Below, piece by piece: positions 49,441 to 64,000 of a DNA stretch of 64,000 nucleotides (positions within the stretch are counted from its first letter, which is position 1; each line of letters begins with the position of its first letter). This DNA comes from Balanoglossus misakiensis. Lineage: Eukaryota; Animalia; Hemichordata. A program made the position numbers and the translations under genes. The notes under the pieces were generated by a model. It had not been told where the DNA came from. It saw nothing but the letters and a program-made list of their open reading frames with translations, and did no database searches. Location: NCBI GenBank assembly GCA_040954595.2, contig CM082581.2, positions 3,898,699-3,962,698 of the forward strand, given 5' to 3'.

Positions 49441-51781
49441 GGAAAGTCACTGAAGTAATATCCTGACGGCCATTTTGTGAAGTTTCTCCACGTCCGGCTA
49501 AATTTATGTACGCAATATTTTCAGGTACACAAATATCGATTCCATACGTTTCTTAGACTGGAGCCTAATAACTGTAGGCTTACATGTAATTGTGATCTTA
49601 ATTGAAAAAGTCTAGTTTATCATTGATGAGCGTGGTGCTGCTGTGTCGGGTCTATTATAGCGCCCTCACTCGGCGGTTTAAACAACTAACAATAACCAGA
49701 CTGTATTCGACTTCACACTGAAAGATTCAGTCCCGTGCGGGCGCTCCGGCAATGCCTATGTCCGCACAGAACTGAATATTTCACTCTGGACTCGACTTTG
49801 GTTCTCAAGTTTTCTTCCTGTCCGTGTTTAACATTTCAAAAATCGATTAGATGTGGCGGTGTTATATGTTGAGTATTTCCCTTGCCCCATTTGGATGTAA
49901 TGCACGGGTGTATATTGACCCTTTAGCTAAATTCTATACTAAAATTATGACGTCAGGAATGATGAAAATTCGGCTTACCCAAGATCACTAATTTATACTC
50001 TACGTGTTTTTTTCCGTAGATTAGTGTAGAACACTTTCAACATATTAAATGCAGTTGTTTGTTGTTTCCTCCCAAAGTTGCTTTATTGATGTGCGAAAAT
50101 GATCATCCGCAAAGGTGGTTATAAAGCACGTTAAGAATATCAGCATTTCAGCAATCTTCGTTAATTAATTTCTAGCAAAACAACTGGTCTATATGGAAAG
50201 TACAGAACGTAGCTTTACAATCGGACAGAGCATTTAATGTGTTGTCTTAATCGCAAAGTGAAAGCTTTCGAACCACATGTAGAATAACACAAATGGTGTC
50301 TTGTATCAAACGTAATTAATGGAAAAAGGGCAGCGAGAGAGAGACTTTAACCCTTTAATCTAAGCCACCCTTCACTGTCACACTAATAATTTGCTGCATC
50401 CGTGTCGCATTTAGGTCCTACTTGTACTGAATTTAAGTTCACTCACAGTCACCATCACTAAAAGATAAGCCAGAGACAATGGTAACAAGTTTCTATCAAG
50501 CATCGAATTGATCAATCAAATTAAGTTTTTACAAGTGGTGAAAAAACTAACATTTCATAATTCATGTTTACCGCTTGACAAGGTGAGACTTACATAAATG
50601 TAGACGGTATTGCAATTTGCATGGTTGAGTACCTGCTCACAAAACCTGGCATCCATTCATGTTGTGCTACGCTCTGCGCACCATTGGATAGGCCTACGAT
50701 AGGCCTACACCTGGCTTCGCGCTTAGGCCGCTTTCACTTCAGAGCGACCAAGTCAGAAACTCGTCTCCAAACAGAGATGTCAGTTGGCGACATGTTTTAA
50801 AGGAAATATGACAGTGGTTCGATTCCGGCGAAATGAGGGAAGAGCCATAACCGGCATACTATAGGAAATAACTATCCTGGTAAAGGTAACCCGTTTTAAA
50901 ACTTTTCTATTATTAGCAAATTAAACCTACAGGCAACAAAATCATCCAGAGATCACGACTGCAACCAAATTCTACGTGTAAACATAAGTCCTGGACACAA
51001 GCTTTCATTTTTCAGTGACGTCGATATATATTAATAAATGCATAAGTTGGCAACAAGTCGACGTCAAATCTTCGTTACTCCCAAAGGCATTATGATGCCA
51101 TGTATAAAAAATATGATTATGAATATGAAACTTGCTGTTTCGCCTCCAGTCAGAAATTGTGCTGTTCATTTAAAACTGGGAGATTGGTGACTGAAAAACA
51201 AATTATGGTAAATTTCGCGTCTTCTGTTATAGATTTCTTAGCGTGCGTTTCAGGTTACACGTCTTTGCAATATCTTGCTTTGGAACTGCTGGGTGCTGTA
51301 TTTAAGCACATAGATTTTGTTGCGATATCATTTAAGCTGATCTTCATCATTCTGCGAAAAAAACCTTTACCCTAGGCAGGTTTCAGGACAACGTCAAAGA
51401 ACATATGCGCCCTGCGCCATGTAATAATTGCAACTAGCTTACACAGGCTTGTTATATTTACTCAAGTCAATTCATAACACACGCAAATAAATAACAAACG
51501 CGAAGCAGACATTTTACCATATAAAAATTTAATATCTCTGTTGTTATTTTTGTAGATTATCCTGCCAAAGCTTGCTCAGAAAGACATTTAGACGCCTCCA
51601 GCAGACTTCCTGGAAAGCTTTTACAAAGCTGCTACACAAAGAATTTGTATAAGGCGATTATAACAATGCATTTCGCAATAGAATTTGGTAATAAGTAGGG
51701 ATAACGGCAGTTCATGTTTTAATCTGCAAAAATACGACTGGTCTTCAGTTTTCGAAGTTTTGATAATCCATACTAGGAATA

Positions 51782-51795
51782 GCGCCCTCTCGCGA
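51782..51795 (-). promoter_or_regulatory. CTCF-like motif
   Basis: Minus strand TCGCGAGAGGGCGC. Motif match only. Confidence 0.3.
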
Positions 51796-54261
51796 TATTC
51801 CTAAGTTTACTTTGTTGCTCTTTAGGAATTTGATCACTCAGCTAACCACTGGCCGTTAAAAATCAAACGCGTCACCATGACAGTTTTATGTTATGAATTT
51901 AAGACTTGACTTCGTTGGCCGGTAAACGTTAATTCGAAACTTGTACATATAGATGACGACTTGAAGAACAACTCCACACATAAACAGAATTTACGGAAAG
52001 TTGGGAGGTGCGTTAAATCACTTGCATGCAGTCCCCCAAAGAATGGGTCAATAGATTTTCAACCTGGTACTAAAAATGAAGACCTCCATCATGAAATATC
52101 GTAATCTACTTTCCATGAAATTTGGAAATAAAAATCGTATGTATGGAAACAAGCAGGTGACGAGATAGATTGTTGAAGAAGGAAGAGGGGAATGTTTGAA
52201 TAAGAAATTATGTTGCAACTTATGGTAAAACATTTGGAAGACCTCCGTTAGGTGAGGTCTGAATAAAACTCGCATAGTCTTACAAGCGCCGACGTTGGAC
52301 GCATTCCTTTCTCCCTCTCAGGTGTATACAAGAGAATTCGACTTGTTGCGAGTTCCTATGAGCGGCGCCAGTTCTATTTACCATCCAACTGACTGGCCCT
52401 GTATGGGAGTGTCACGTCACCCCAAACCAACGTACGGTTCATTTCTTCAGTTCCAGGTACCGCCCGTCTATATTTTCGACTCAATCTTTCATGTAACCCA
52501 CATAGATGCCCGGCCCATTGACAGCATTTTACCCCGCATTGATATTTTTCGTAGCTGATCAAAGTTTTATCGTAGATTTCAAATTTCGCTTTCCCTTCAT
52601 CATATATTTATGGAGCCACAGCTCGATCATGAATACTTTTTTATGTAATGGTGATACAGAGAAGACAAAGTAACATAATGATCGACAGAAATATTGTGTT
52701 GCTGTTACTGCGGAGATTCCCCTGGGTAAAAACCCTGTCGCTAGTCTACCATTTTTGCTTTAAGCTCTTTTGGCAATTGTTAATGTAGACATTTAGAACG
52801 GCGTGACACTGAGAAAATATTATTGGTAAGTGTCTAGCCTTATCTTGTGAAGGAGCTACGACGTGACACGTCAGTATATGGGAAAATAACGCCCGCGCCT
52901 ACACAAATACAAGCATTGCACGTTTACAGTGTCTTTTGCGTTTTTGCTGTTGAGTTGAATCACTATAAGAAATTCGGACTGGTTCCTGATGCTTCTATTC
53001 CTTCGTTGGTGTTAATGTCTGCGTACATATCTAATTTGGTCATTTCAAATAGCGGTAAGAGCTTGAAATCTTTTATTGGAGTACGCAGACCACAGTTAGC
53101 AGAATTCCGGTCACAAAAGAAAAGTTTTACCTGCCCAGACCTCTGTCTGTAAGTTTGAATGCGATCTTATTGATTCTGTATTGAAATATCAAACCGAGTG
53201 CTGACAAGTAAGACTATGTTATTTCATCGTAATATTATTACTATTACTATTACCTATTCTGATTTTGATCTGCATGGGAAGAGATATAAGGCTCAGCCAC
53301 CAGAATCACAACCGTAACGCCCCAAGGAAACATTTGTACAAAGTTTAAGAGTTTTAAGGCTCTGTTGTCTTGACAACGTCCCCACATTTTCTTCCAACAT
53401 AATTCCACACTATGAAATATACAGGAAGGACCATAGCCGGTTTGCTAGAGGCTCCCTAACCATAAACATAACCTTACTCTGCTGGCGGTAAGGGCTATCT
53501 GGGAGCATCATAGCGGTTCTATTTCCTTTCCTTCAGAAATCCCCCGTGTTTCATCCCCCGTTGTCAGCACCGTCAGACACTTCCATTCCACTTCCACAAA
53601 CATGTTCCATTACTTACATTTCCAGTGGCCAGGCTACGTCATTCTTTCGTCATCAACGTTTTCTTTACCGCGCGATATCAGAAGTTACGAAAGGTAACAC
53701 ATATGTCGACAATAAGGTAGTGGCTTCCCAGTGGTAGAGTGGGTTATCCCATTCCAAAGTTTCACGTGTAGAATTTCGAGAAAACTCGTAAAGTATTTTC
53801 AGTTGATTTAAAAATATCACAAGAGGTGTTGAACAAATGATATAGGCCCTACAATGTAAAATAATATGTATTTGTGGTGGACTTCTAGAGCTGTTCAAAT
53901 ATTAGTACCATAGAAAAAACTATAGCATGGAAAATGTAAGAAAATGCTGAGTCAGCATATTACAAAATGCTTTCAATTATATCATATTAAATACCCCATC
54001 TAATTGCCCGATGATTCTCAATTTCTTTTAATTTTAAAACTATATAAATATTACTGAATTGATTTGTTGCAACTATCAGTAAATAACAACATTGTCTTAG
54101 TACTTTCTGACTTTGTTTTTATGGTTGCGTTGTAAATGAGCCCAATTCTCAGAATAAAATTGAGTGAAAAGGGGGCATTTCTTTGACATGGGATTTTGTT
54201 CCCTGCGAAAAAGTTTGCAAAGTCTCTGTTCATTCTGTATTACTGTTTTTGTCGTCATCGT

Positions 54262-54262
<1 letters not shown>

Positions 54263-54360
<98 letters not shown>
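54263..54360. repeat. (GAT)n microsatellite
   Basis: About 32 units. Confidence 0.98.
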
Positions 54361-54880
54361 CGACGACAACGATGATGGACGGGGGGGGGGCAAATACAGC
54401 GATATCATGACATAATATTATCATAAATTGAATGTATACAGGTGACGCCGGTTTGATCCAGGGATTATTCTTCCCAACGCATGACCTCAAAAGGTGTCAC
54501 CCACTTGTCAATTTCGAATGTCACAAAATGTTTTCACTAACGTGAAACCAATCAGGCAGAGGCATTGATATCATTGGCGGATCTGTTTGTAAAGTTATTG
54601 ACACAGACTGCAATCTCACTGGAGGAAAGAAGTCATGTTGGTTGCCCACTGAATGACTGCATGCAACACGTTGAAAAAAGATGAACAATATTTATGAACA
54701 TGGTAAATAATCTTTAATTGTAAAGATTTTATACAAATTCAAACGAGCAAACCCACTGTCAGCATTAAACTACAAAAAGGACATTTTATAGATCAATTGA
54801 ATTGGTTAGATGGGCATTTTTCTCGTTTCGTAAAGTGGAGGACGAAAAAACTGAAAATACCACTAATTCTCCTTAGACTG

Positions 54881-54924
<44 letters not shown>
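54881..54924. repeat. (GAT)n microsatellite
   Basis: About 14 units. Confidence 0.95.
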
Positions 54925-57739
54925 CATCGTCATCATCATAAGAACTCCCTCTAGACTTGATTGACAACATAAATGTAAAACACGAGCAAAATAAATGTAA
55001 ACTGGCAACATCCAAAAAAAGAATACAGAAACCGTCCATTTTGGAAAAAACGACAAAATCAGACATTTTTTCAACGAATATGTATTGAAGTTGTTGTCTG
55101 ATGCGGTAATATAATGAATGAGACATAAGTTCCTGTTTAATGTATGTTGGAGATGTCTGTAAAGTTTCTGGGCACAGCTATATAGTCAACTGCGGTCTGT
55201 ATCTATCTATTCATTAAACTATTGCCTTTGAGGCGAGACAAGATTGTACCATGTAAGCTAGCGTCGCGCGATGTATCTCTCTTTGTACACGTGGCTAGAT
55301 ACACACGTCACCGAGATTATCCTATAGAAGGGGATGCAAAATCCAATATCAAACCTAAAAACCATTTTCTCTGTACTTTACCCAAACTGATAACTCTGTT
55401 TTGGATCTAAATAGATTAGTTATTGCGTATTCCTTGCGGAACTGGGTCAAATTGATAAGAAGACTGGTAGATATTATCAGATATCATACGTATTTTGTGG
55501 AAGAAATGACGGTGGCGGTGTAAGATTTATAATTCACCATTTGGAAGAACCAGAGAATAGGTCAGCTTCTAGTTGACAAAACATGGTTTGTTTGACAGAG
55601 CCTATAACCATTTGAATGTGGCTGGCGGGCACGGCTTCAACGTGTAGGCGTGATGTGGAAGGCCTCGGCTGTGTGTAACGTCTTTAGCTTTTATTCCACG
55701 TTGTCTGACAGTATTTTCTCGACTCGAACAAGATATCTTTAACAAATTATAAAGGGCCCCGGCCTAGATAAAACTTGTGACGTTTGGGTTTGGATTAAAG
55801 TTGGGACTTTGCGTGCAGGCAGGCAATACTATGAAGAAAATAAAAACACTGACATTGGCACCAAAAGAAATACATGTATATCAAAGTTGAGACGCAAACT
55901 TTCACCTATCCCAGTTATAACTTCGCCCAATACTTACAAAACGCAGATAAAGAAAATTATGCGTTTTTCTTGGATCGGACATCCACAAAAGGTTAATTTT
56001 TAGTCAAATAAAATATTGTGGTGGGCAATGTTGATATCTCAGAAGGGCTATAATTTTGACTGTGGTTGGTAACTCGTTACGCTTTCAATTACGGCTGTAT
56101 GGGAACTAAGTATCGTAGGGACTGAATTTTACGTTTTATGCTTACAAGTTGTTATGATTTCCAAATTAGCAGCAAAACCCTGATGGATACAATAACCAGA
56201 TACATTTTTTTCTGATTAATGATCATTTTATTATACAGATACGTTTTTGTATGTGTGCATATTTGATTATTTCTGCGTGTGTGTCGGAGCGCTGTGCTTT
56301 TCTACACCAATCAGCGTGTAACGCGCATCGACGGTCGCTGTAATGGTTGGACGAGTCTTCGCTTGCAGTGTTGCGACGCCATGCAATTAACACCGCGCAA
56401 TTATTGCCATAATTTACTTGTTTACACACGCTTGATGAAAAGGGACATTTTAAATCTAAAATGATTGTTCTCATTTCAAATTGAAGTACAATTTTGATAG
56501 CATTTAAAGTTACTTCATATATACGTGTTCGATATGTGCACACAAAATGATTGCGCAAAAACCAGATATAGACACTGATTTGCAGTTGTCTAATATTTTG
56601 ACACACAAATCAGCACTTTTACATTTAACCAATCCTTATCAAGTGCTAGAATTTCATTCTGATGCAAATATAGCACCGTCTCCCGACATGAATAATTAAA
56701 ATCCATACCGTTAAAAATTTGACTTGAGAAAATTGAGTCGCCGCCGAGGGGTGATAAAAGTAGATAGTGATGACAAACAACAATAACAATGTTATCAAAT
56801 GTTATTATTTGATGAAAGATGGGCATAATTCATTTCACTGGATATATTTCATATCGTTCCAAATTTACGACTATCCATGAAAAACAAATCATTCACTGCG
56901 TGAATGCGCTATTTTCCCGGGAGAAATTCACACGAAATTACGTGACAAAGATTGAAAACTCAATCATTGTGCCGTTTTGGCGCCAAAATGAAATCGCCTT
57001 CTGTGATAGAATTGAGAAGATGGTTAGAAATTTGAGACGTTTTCTTGATCAGAAAACAAATTGCAAATGGAACCCATGTTTTGTCCCCGTTTCTATGTTG
57101 CCGTATCGATTGAACCACCATTTACTCTCGGCAGTGATTTGCCTCTGAAATACAAAGGGCAGCCTGTACGTGATATTTATTCGGTGAGCGCGGCAGATAT
57201 CTCTAATGTTGTGCGTTTGTAACACATATTCTCGCGAGGTAACGCATACAGAACTGTTACTTCCCTTTGCCGTAAATAAGGTCGGATTTTACGACATAAA
57301 TAACACACAAAGTCTAACCGTAACAAAATATTCATATTACGGCATTGAATTGGAAAGATCTTTGCAAGATTCAACGGACGATTATATTTATTTCACTCGT
57401 TTACCATGGCGATCTGTGACGTTAAAATAATTTGGATTTTACATCAAGACGAATGTTTTCAGTTGCAATAAAGTCTGATATCTGCCGTTATATCGTCTGA
57501 AAATGTAAGATAAGGGAAGAATATCTGATAGGAACTGATAGGAAACGCATTTCATCTAAAGAGACGTTGAATACGAATGATGTGGCTTCCTGGTAAACCA
57601 ATAACAACGGTGGAAGTTTTTGTGTGAAGTTTTAATATTTATTTCTTTTTAGTGAGATATCACTCACACACAAGTGAACAGCGGACTACCAGAATATCAC
57701 AAACGTGCTACGACGATTTCTCCACCCGATCAATAACAT

Positions 57740-57999
<260 letters not shown>

Positions 58000-60900
58000 C
58001 CTACTAAATTGCGGTATTATAGTCAACGCATTACTTTCATTTCATTGATGACGGCAACTGTGTTACAGGTAATGTGAGTGCGTGCGGTGGTATCTTGCCA
58101 AGCACTTTACAACTCACATGTCAAGTCGACGATGAGAAAATCATCTCTACGCGTTTGCACTTAAATTCCCCCGCCGCACCGCCATTGTTATATATGTGCT
58201 TTAGAAGACGAAACCTTCCCTTTACACGGGCGTTCTATATCACTCGGTATCTATGGTTACACATTGTGTCACCCTTTTTCTTCGGTCTGGCTGCCGCGGA
58301 GACAAAAAAAAGACAACGAAATGTTTGTCTTATTTGAAGATATAATTGATCACACTGGACAATCTCATCATGATCGCTATGAGACGTATTTCAGTGGTTT
58401 CTTTCCGTCCATTTGATGAAGTCAACGTAATTCACATATCACTACTCCATATATCACATTGTTGAAACTAACACACTTAATGAAAACGAATGTAGATGTC
58501 AGCGAGGGGTCACGTCCACTGATGGACAAAACAAACTCCAGGCAATTTGCCGGAGATACAGAATACGTGAGCATTTCCCTTAATGTCTCTATATTTTAGT
58601 TCAATTTTCCAAAAGTCATAACTTCCCCCAGGCGCTGTTCTTCCTTGCTGTAGCATCCAAATTCTTGGAGCATTAAATCCCCAGCGACTTGATTGGGGGG
58701 GATGTAAAAGGTGAGCTTTACTCTCAATACTGTGTTCCACAGTGTACAGCCAACAAACCTAGAATGAACCCTGTTTTCGGCCGATTTTATCTCTGTTTTT
58801 ATTCTGTTTTAATGGGTACTTTGTTGTAGGCAGTGCAACAACAAAAGGACGAGTGCATGTCACATACATGGGATCAGACGGACCCCATTAAGTCATTAGT
58901 AACTGAAAACCTTGCGCGCAACTAGGTATCTCACAACCCCTGCGCCACAGTTCACTACCACGGCCATCGCTAAATTATCTCTCCCGTCATCGTTCCCCCG
59001 GTTTTACTCCATTCGTCAACATTTACTTACAAGCCAGACTACAAATGGACACTGAGGGAATTTTCCATTAAATAAAGGATTTAGAATTTGACGTTGATGT
59101 TGTCTATTTAGCTGTTCAATCTTTGTCTGTGTGTCCGGCAGACGAGATGGATAACACAGAAGTGATACATATTGAAAGGGCGGAAGACTGCACTGAGTAT
59201 GTTTTCATGTATAGTGCTTATAAATGCATCACGCTGCATCGGAACACCTGCGTCACTGTCAACTTTCAAAGATCGGTTCGACAGGTTAAAGCACGCCCTC
59301 AGACGACGCGGCATGTCCAAAATGTCAGATTATCTGCGTCGTGGATTGTTGCAACATCGTACCGTGCCTGTTGTCGGTGTTTCTGTTAGAAAAACGCGGT
59401 CGTTGACTTACATCCTTTGGTAGATTTATCAAACGAAGTCAATAAGTGCGACAAACAACCAAGACTATTACAGTAGCGTAAACAGCCAGTATCACTTGCA
59501 GAATCGAAAGATTTAACAAAAAAATTATTAGGGCTTACTAAAAGCACAATGAGAAACGCAATTCGGAACAAAGTGCATGGTTGGAGGGTTTGTCCATGTT
59601 TAAGTAATTTTACTGACATACATATTTGCCAGAATGGAAACGGATTTTATTCTGGAAACAGATTTTATTCAAACCTACTTCAGAAAATACGTATAGAAAA
59701 TCAGCAGTTTTCACGTATTTTAGGGGAATGTCATTGCAATTCACGCTAATGAAATATTTCTCCTTTGTTTCTATAAATAATTACTAGGTCATCGGTACTT
59801 CACACCGCTTGGCAACTAAAGATCTCTGAGAGATTCGAGGAGTCACATTTCTGATTTTCATGCCAGTCGCAAAATTCTCTTTTGTGTACACTTTATTCAA
59901 GACGGTGTCCCGGGTGCTAACCTCAAAAGGGCTTTTCTGCTGTAACGTCAAATCCTAAGAATCAGCCAGCTCAATATCAGATGTCTGACCGGTAAATAAA
60001 CAACAAAACGAATAAAGAACTTAGATATACGGTGGTTTTCCATGGCTATCGTATATCGTGTTTAGCGTCATAGCTATCCTGGTTTAGACTCGATTAGCAT
60101 GTATAAAATGACGTTTTCTGGCATGACGGTTCTTGAAAATAAATATACCGAAAACTCGTTTTTTACAGTTTCTAAATAATAAACCATGGCATTTGACGAA
60201 ACAAGAATAAAAAACAATATAAATGCAAGTCAAACCAATGTGTTTGAAATTGCAATTGATACACAGACTGGTATCGTGTTCTCGGAGACTTCAGAAATCA
60301 AACCAATTACCGCCATTCCATGGTTACCGGGACAACATTCAAAATATATTTTGTATTCAGAGATTTATTCCCTCCTAAATCTTCCCCGTTCGAAAATTCC
60401 TGGGGGACATTTTTCCGGAGAGCACAACTCGTAGAGAAATCAAGGCTTAGTGTTCTCTGTATATGGTTTTAATGGATTCTTGTGTATATTACGCAATGTT
60501 TCCGATGTCTTAAAACAAACAAACACGCAAACAAGTTCTTGAACAACATGTAACATTAAATTCTAGGTATATAAACTTAACTTGAGATGTGATCCAGTAT
60601 ATGCCTCTCATGGTCTATATCTCTCTTCTCTCCTCTCCATCTCTTCATCTCCCCCCCCCGTCTCTTCTTCTCCCTCTATCTTTTATATAGTTGCCCTCCC
60701 TCCATCCTCTCTCCCTCTCTTTATCTCGAGCCCCCTCCCCTCTCTCCCCCGCCTCTCAAAGTTGAGTTCCAAGTTGAGTCTCCAGAAGCGAGTTACATTA
60801 TCCTAATCCACACATGTTTAAACCACGGATGATGTTTAGTGTGATGTCAATATTGTCTAGGGTACTCTAAGCCTTAATTGCTAAGTTGATGTGGTCCACC

Positions 60901-63900
60901 TGTGAGCCTATGTATAACGAAAGCTAGTAAACTAAAAATATGGTCTGGAAATCAGCCATGCTCTGAATTTTTGATCTGCCGTAAACACATGGTGTAGCTC
61001 CGATATCAACGTGTCGACCAGATCTGGAGATGAAGCCGACGCTTTGACCAGAAAGTGGACCGGTGTTGATACGAACTACTCTCACTTGGGGCACTTTTGG
61101 GATTCGGGGTCACCGCCATGTATAAACAACAAGGTAGAATTAATCCTTTTGGCGGGCTCGATTTACTTTGCGCATTTTAACAAATGCGACGGGTCGTGTA
61201 CGTAACTGTAACGGGAAAGCACTCACACACACACACTCTCTCTCGAACGAGTAGCGCATTTTAAAGTAAAAGATGCCAAAACACTGCTGATTTGTACAAC
61301 GTTAGGCCCATATTCCAAACGACCATTATTATCTCAAGTAGTTTTAATCAAAGCGCTCTCTATCAAGAAATTATTTGCCAAGTACTTGAATTTCTTCACT
61401 GCCCTTATCCCCGATATGTTATGTCGAATGTACAACTGGCCTATAACTAAACAAAAGTTGCAGTAGAGGCCTAAACTCCCCCAAAATACATGTTACAAAT
61501 TAGATGATTCACATGAAGAAAATTACTGACTGAAGTCCATGGATATTGTCTTTAAATTTTCTCCGGTTCTTTCCCTTTTCGATGGTTGAGGCTTTTTAGT
61601 GTCAGTCGATTAATGGTTAATGCTACCTTTTCTCGGCCATCAATTCTTTATACATTACTGGTCTTATGATTGAGTGGCGAATTATTGATACCACGATACC
61701 CTTAAAATCAAACCGAACAACTGTTTCTTGACACGTATACCGCTTATTTGGTTCAATGTTTGAGTTGCACCGACAGCCGCGCCGATACATTCAATAATAA
61801 AACATTCTTGGCGATGTGTCGGGAGTCTCGTATATTCTGCTTTGACATTCGTACGGTTTTGATGTACCGGATATTCTTGGGGTTGTGTTGTCAGATAAGT
61901 CTTGGTTGCATAACGAAATATCAGCCAATTTTATATTTCTGCGATAAACTTGATTTTCAAGATGTCAATGACTACCGCGCTTAAATGCAGTTGAAATACC
62001 TGACAAAATGTTTAAATATTTCGTCAATAAATTTCGGGTAAAGTTGAGAGAAAGCGTATTCAATACATGTATACACGCATCATTTCGTTCGTGTTTTTCT
62101 TTCGTCTGGTTATTTAGTTAGAGAACGGTGTTACTGCGATAATATGCGTGTTAAATCACGGTGATCACTCGGAAATTTCTGTAGATTATTTGAGAATTAG
62201 CCATTTTTGCGATCAATATTTTATAGAACTTCTTTCTCCCCTGGTATTTGCGCGAGTGCAATCGGGCGTTAACCAAGCTAATATTTGAGGTTTTTTTCTC
62301 TCTCGGCGTATGCAGTCCATACGTATGAGATAGATGCGGCTGGCCATCGATACGTGCCTTTGTCCGCGGTTGCCGACAGCTGCCCATGCTTGGGTCGGTT
62401 GTAAACCCTTCCAAGTATTTACACGTAATGTTTTAGAACCCTCTTTAAGGTGGTTCTGATCCCCCACCTGAATATCCCACTAATTTATTCGATTAGATCC
62501 GAAACGGGTCTGATATCCGCGACACCAGCGATCAAGTGGCAAGCGACTTATATTCGATTCCGATTCATAATTTCTACGTTCACTTGATCTCGTTGTCGTC
62601 TCGGATTCCAGTGTTCAGATAAACACGCAAAATATGATAGAATAAGAATAGGAAGTGAATAAGAACCTTTAAGGAATGGAGCCAGTGATTAACTAAACCT
62701 GGTTGAGACAGTAATCATATTTTTTGTAACTTCATAAACCTTGATACCCCGTCTATTAACTTTATGAAATTTAATTCGGTAGGAACCCCATCCCCATCTC
62801 AGAAACTTTAGCCACTTGATTTGAATCGATTATGGTATTTACTGTCTGATATGATTTTTTTAAACACAGGATTCTTCTTCGGTTATGTCGACCCGATCCT
62901 TGTGCGCGGCGCACAACGTGCGTATCCCGCGGGGAGCGCGCAGAATCCCCGTATCGCTGGTCGCATAGCGCCGCGTAATAGGGTTATCAAAAGCTAAGTT
63001 ATGATTTTAATGTGAAATATTAAATTTTCTGTTGATAGTTAAATAAAATTGTTGACGAAATGAGGGTTGGAACCCTTTAATTTCTCTAAAGGCCATATTA
63101 TGTGGGCCGTTGTTCAGTCTGCCAGGGGCATAGCAAACTCGTCGGTTACCCCCACGGATCACCCAATTCTTGTTCCTACAAAGGCTAAAACATGGTTGCC
63201 GTTATGCACTGTCAATAACACTGACTTGGGTCACACTGCGACAAGAAATTCTCATTAATAGCAGATTTACTTGTCAAGACAGCACACTTTAAAATGAAGC
63301 AGCAGAATGGTGTTAGATGACAGTTTGTTTTTTCGTTACTCCAGGGGGTTGGGAAGCAGGGTCTTACTAAAAGCTTCGCTTATTGTTCGTTTGCTGTAAT
63401 TTTGAGAAATGATATAACGACTTTGAAATGATTGCTGAAATGTCATATTGACGTGAATTTACATGTTTATTTCCATTCTGTATACGTTTTATCGTTTAAT
63501 ATTTGAAGACCAATTTGTTTCGTTTCGCGGTAAAAGAAAAACTCCAGTCAATTGAACTTAAGTACATGTATAGCTTAATTTCTGTCTTCAACATTATTTT
63601 GCACCGACTGCTTTTGTTGTTTAGTTCTATATAGACGGAATCTTCTATTTCTTGGGACGCCAACAAACGTATCACCTGAATGAATGAAATTGGGGCCTAA
63701 CAGCAATAATGGTCATATACAGGAGATGTTCAACACTATATGGTAAGGATTATTGAAAGGAAAAAAACCCACGATATCTGAGCTAGTCCCGTTATCTCAT
63801 AAAACTACAAGGGGTGTTGAGCTAATTTTATTAGGGAGAAACGGGACAGGCCGTTTTCTCTTCACTGTGAAGAGGTAGTCCTTGCGTCAAATAAATATTA

Positions 63901-64000
63901 AATTCTTTCGTCTGAAGATATAAAAAAGACTGGACGTAGGTTGTGTTTTTTGCATTAAGAGTTGGACGTTTTACTGTGTTGGCAACCCATCATTCTCGTC

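Noticed and set aside
59123-59423. Short ORFs in the gene-poor region
   Set aside because: No homology I recognise, non-ATG starts and no supporting splice structure.

Overview
AT-rich, intron-containing animal genomic DNA. A marine invertebrate deuterostome (hemichordate-like) is my guess from gene content and repeats, not something the sequence proves. I rebuilt seven protein-coding genes by hand from GT-AG splice sites with consistent reading frames: TP53RK/Bud32 (+), METTL15 (+), a ~1486-aa Deltex-family E3 ligase (+), BBS10 (-), an HNMT-like methyltransferase (+), and a head-to-head pair of the sterol-responsive ERAD ligases RNF139/TRC8 (-) and RNF145 (+). Two observations stand out. First, the Deltex protein joins RRM/KH-like domains, a macrodomain, a second RING and the RING-DTC module in one chain, resembling a single-chain version of the vertebrate PARP9-DTX3L complex. 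Second, the RNF139/RNF145 paralogues sit 634 bp apart and share the same two-exon structure. The rest holds several non-autonomous DNA transposons, a Penelope-like remnant, microsatellites, and a gene-poor stretch from about 49.5 to 64 kb. All family calls come from motif recognition; no database searches were run.
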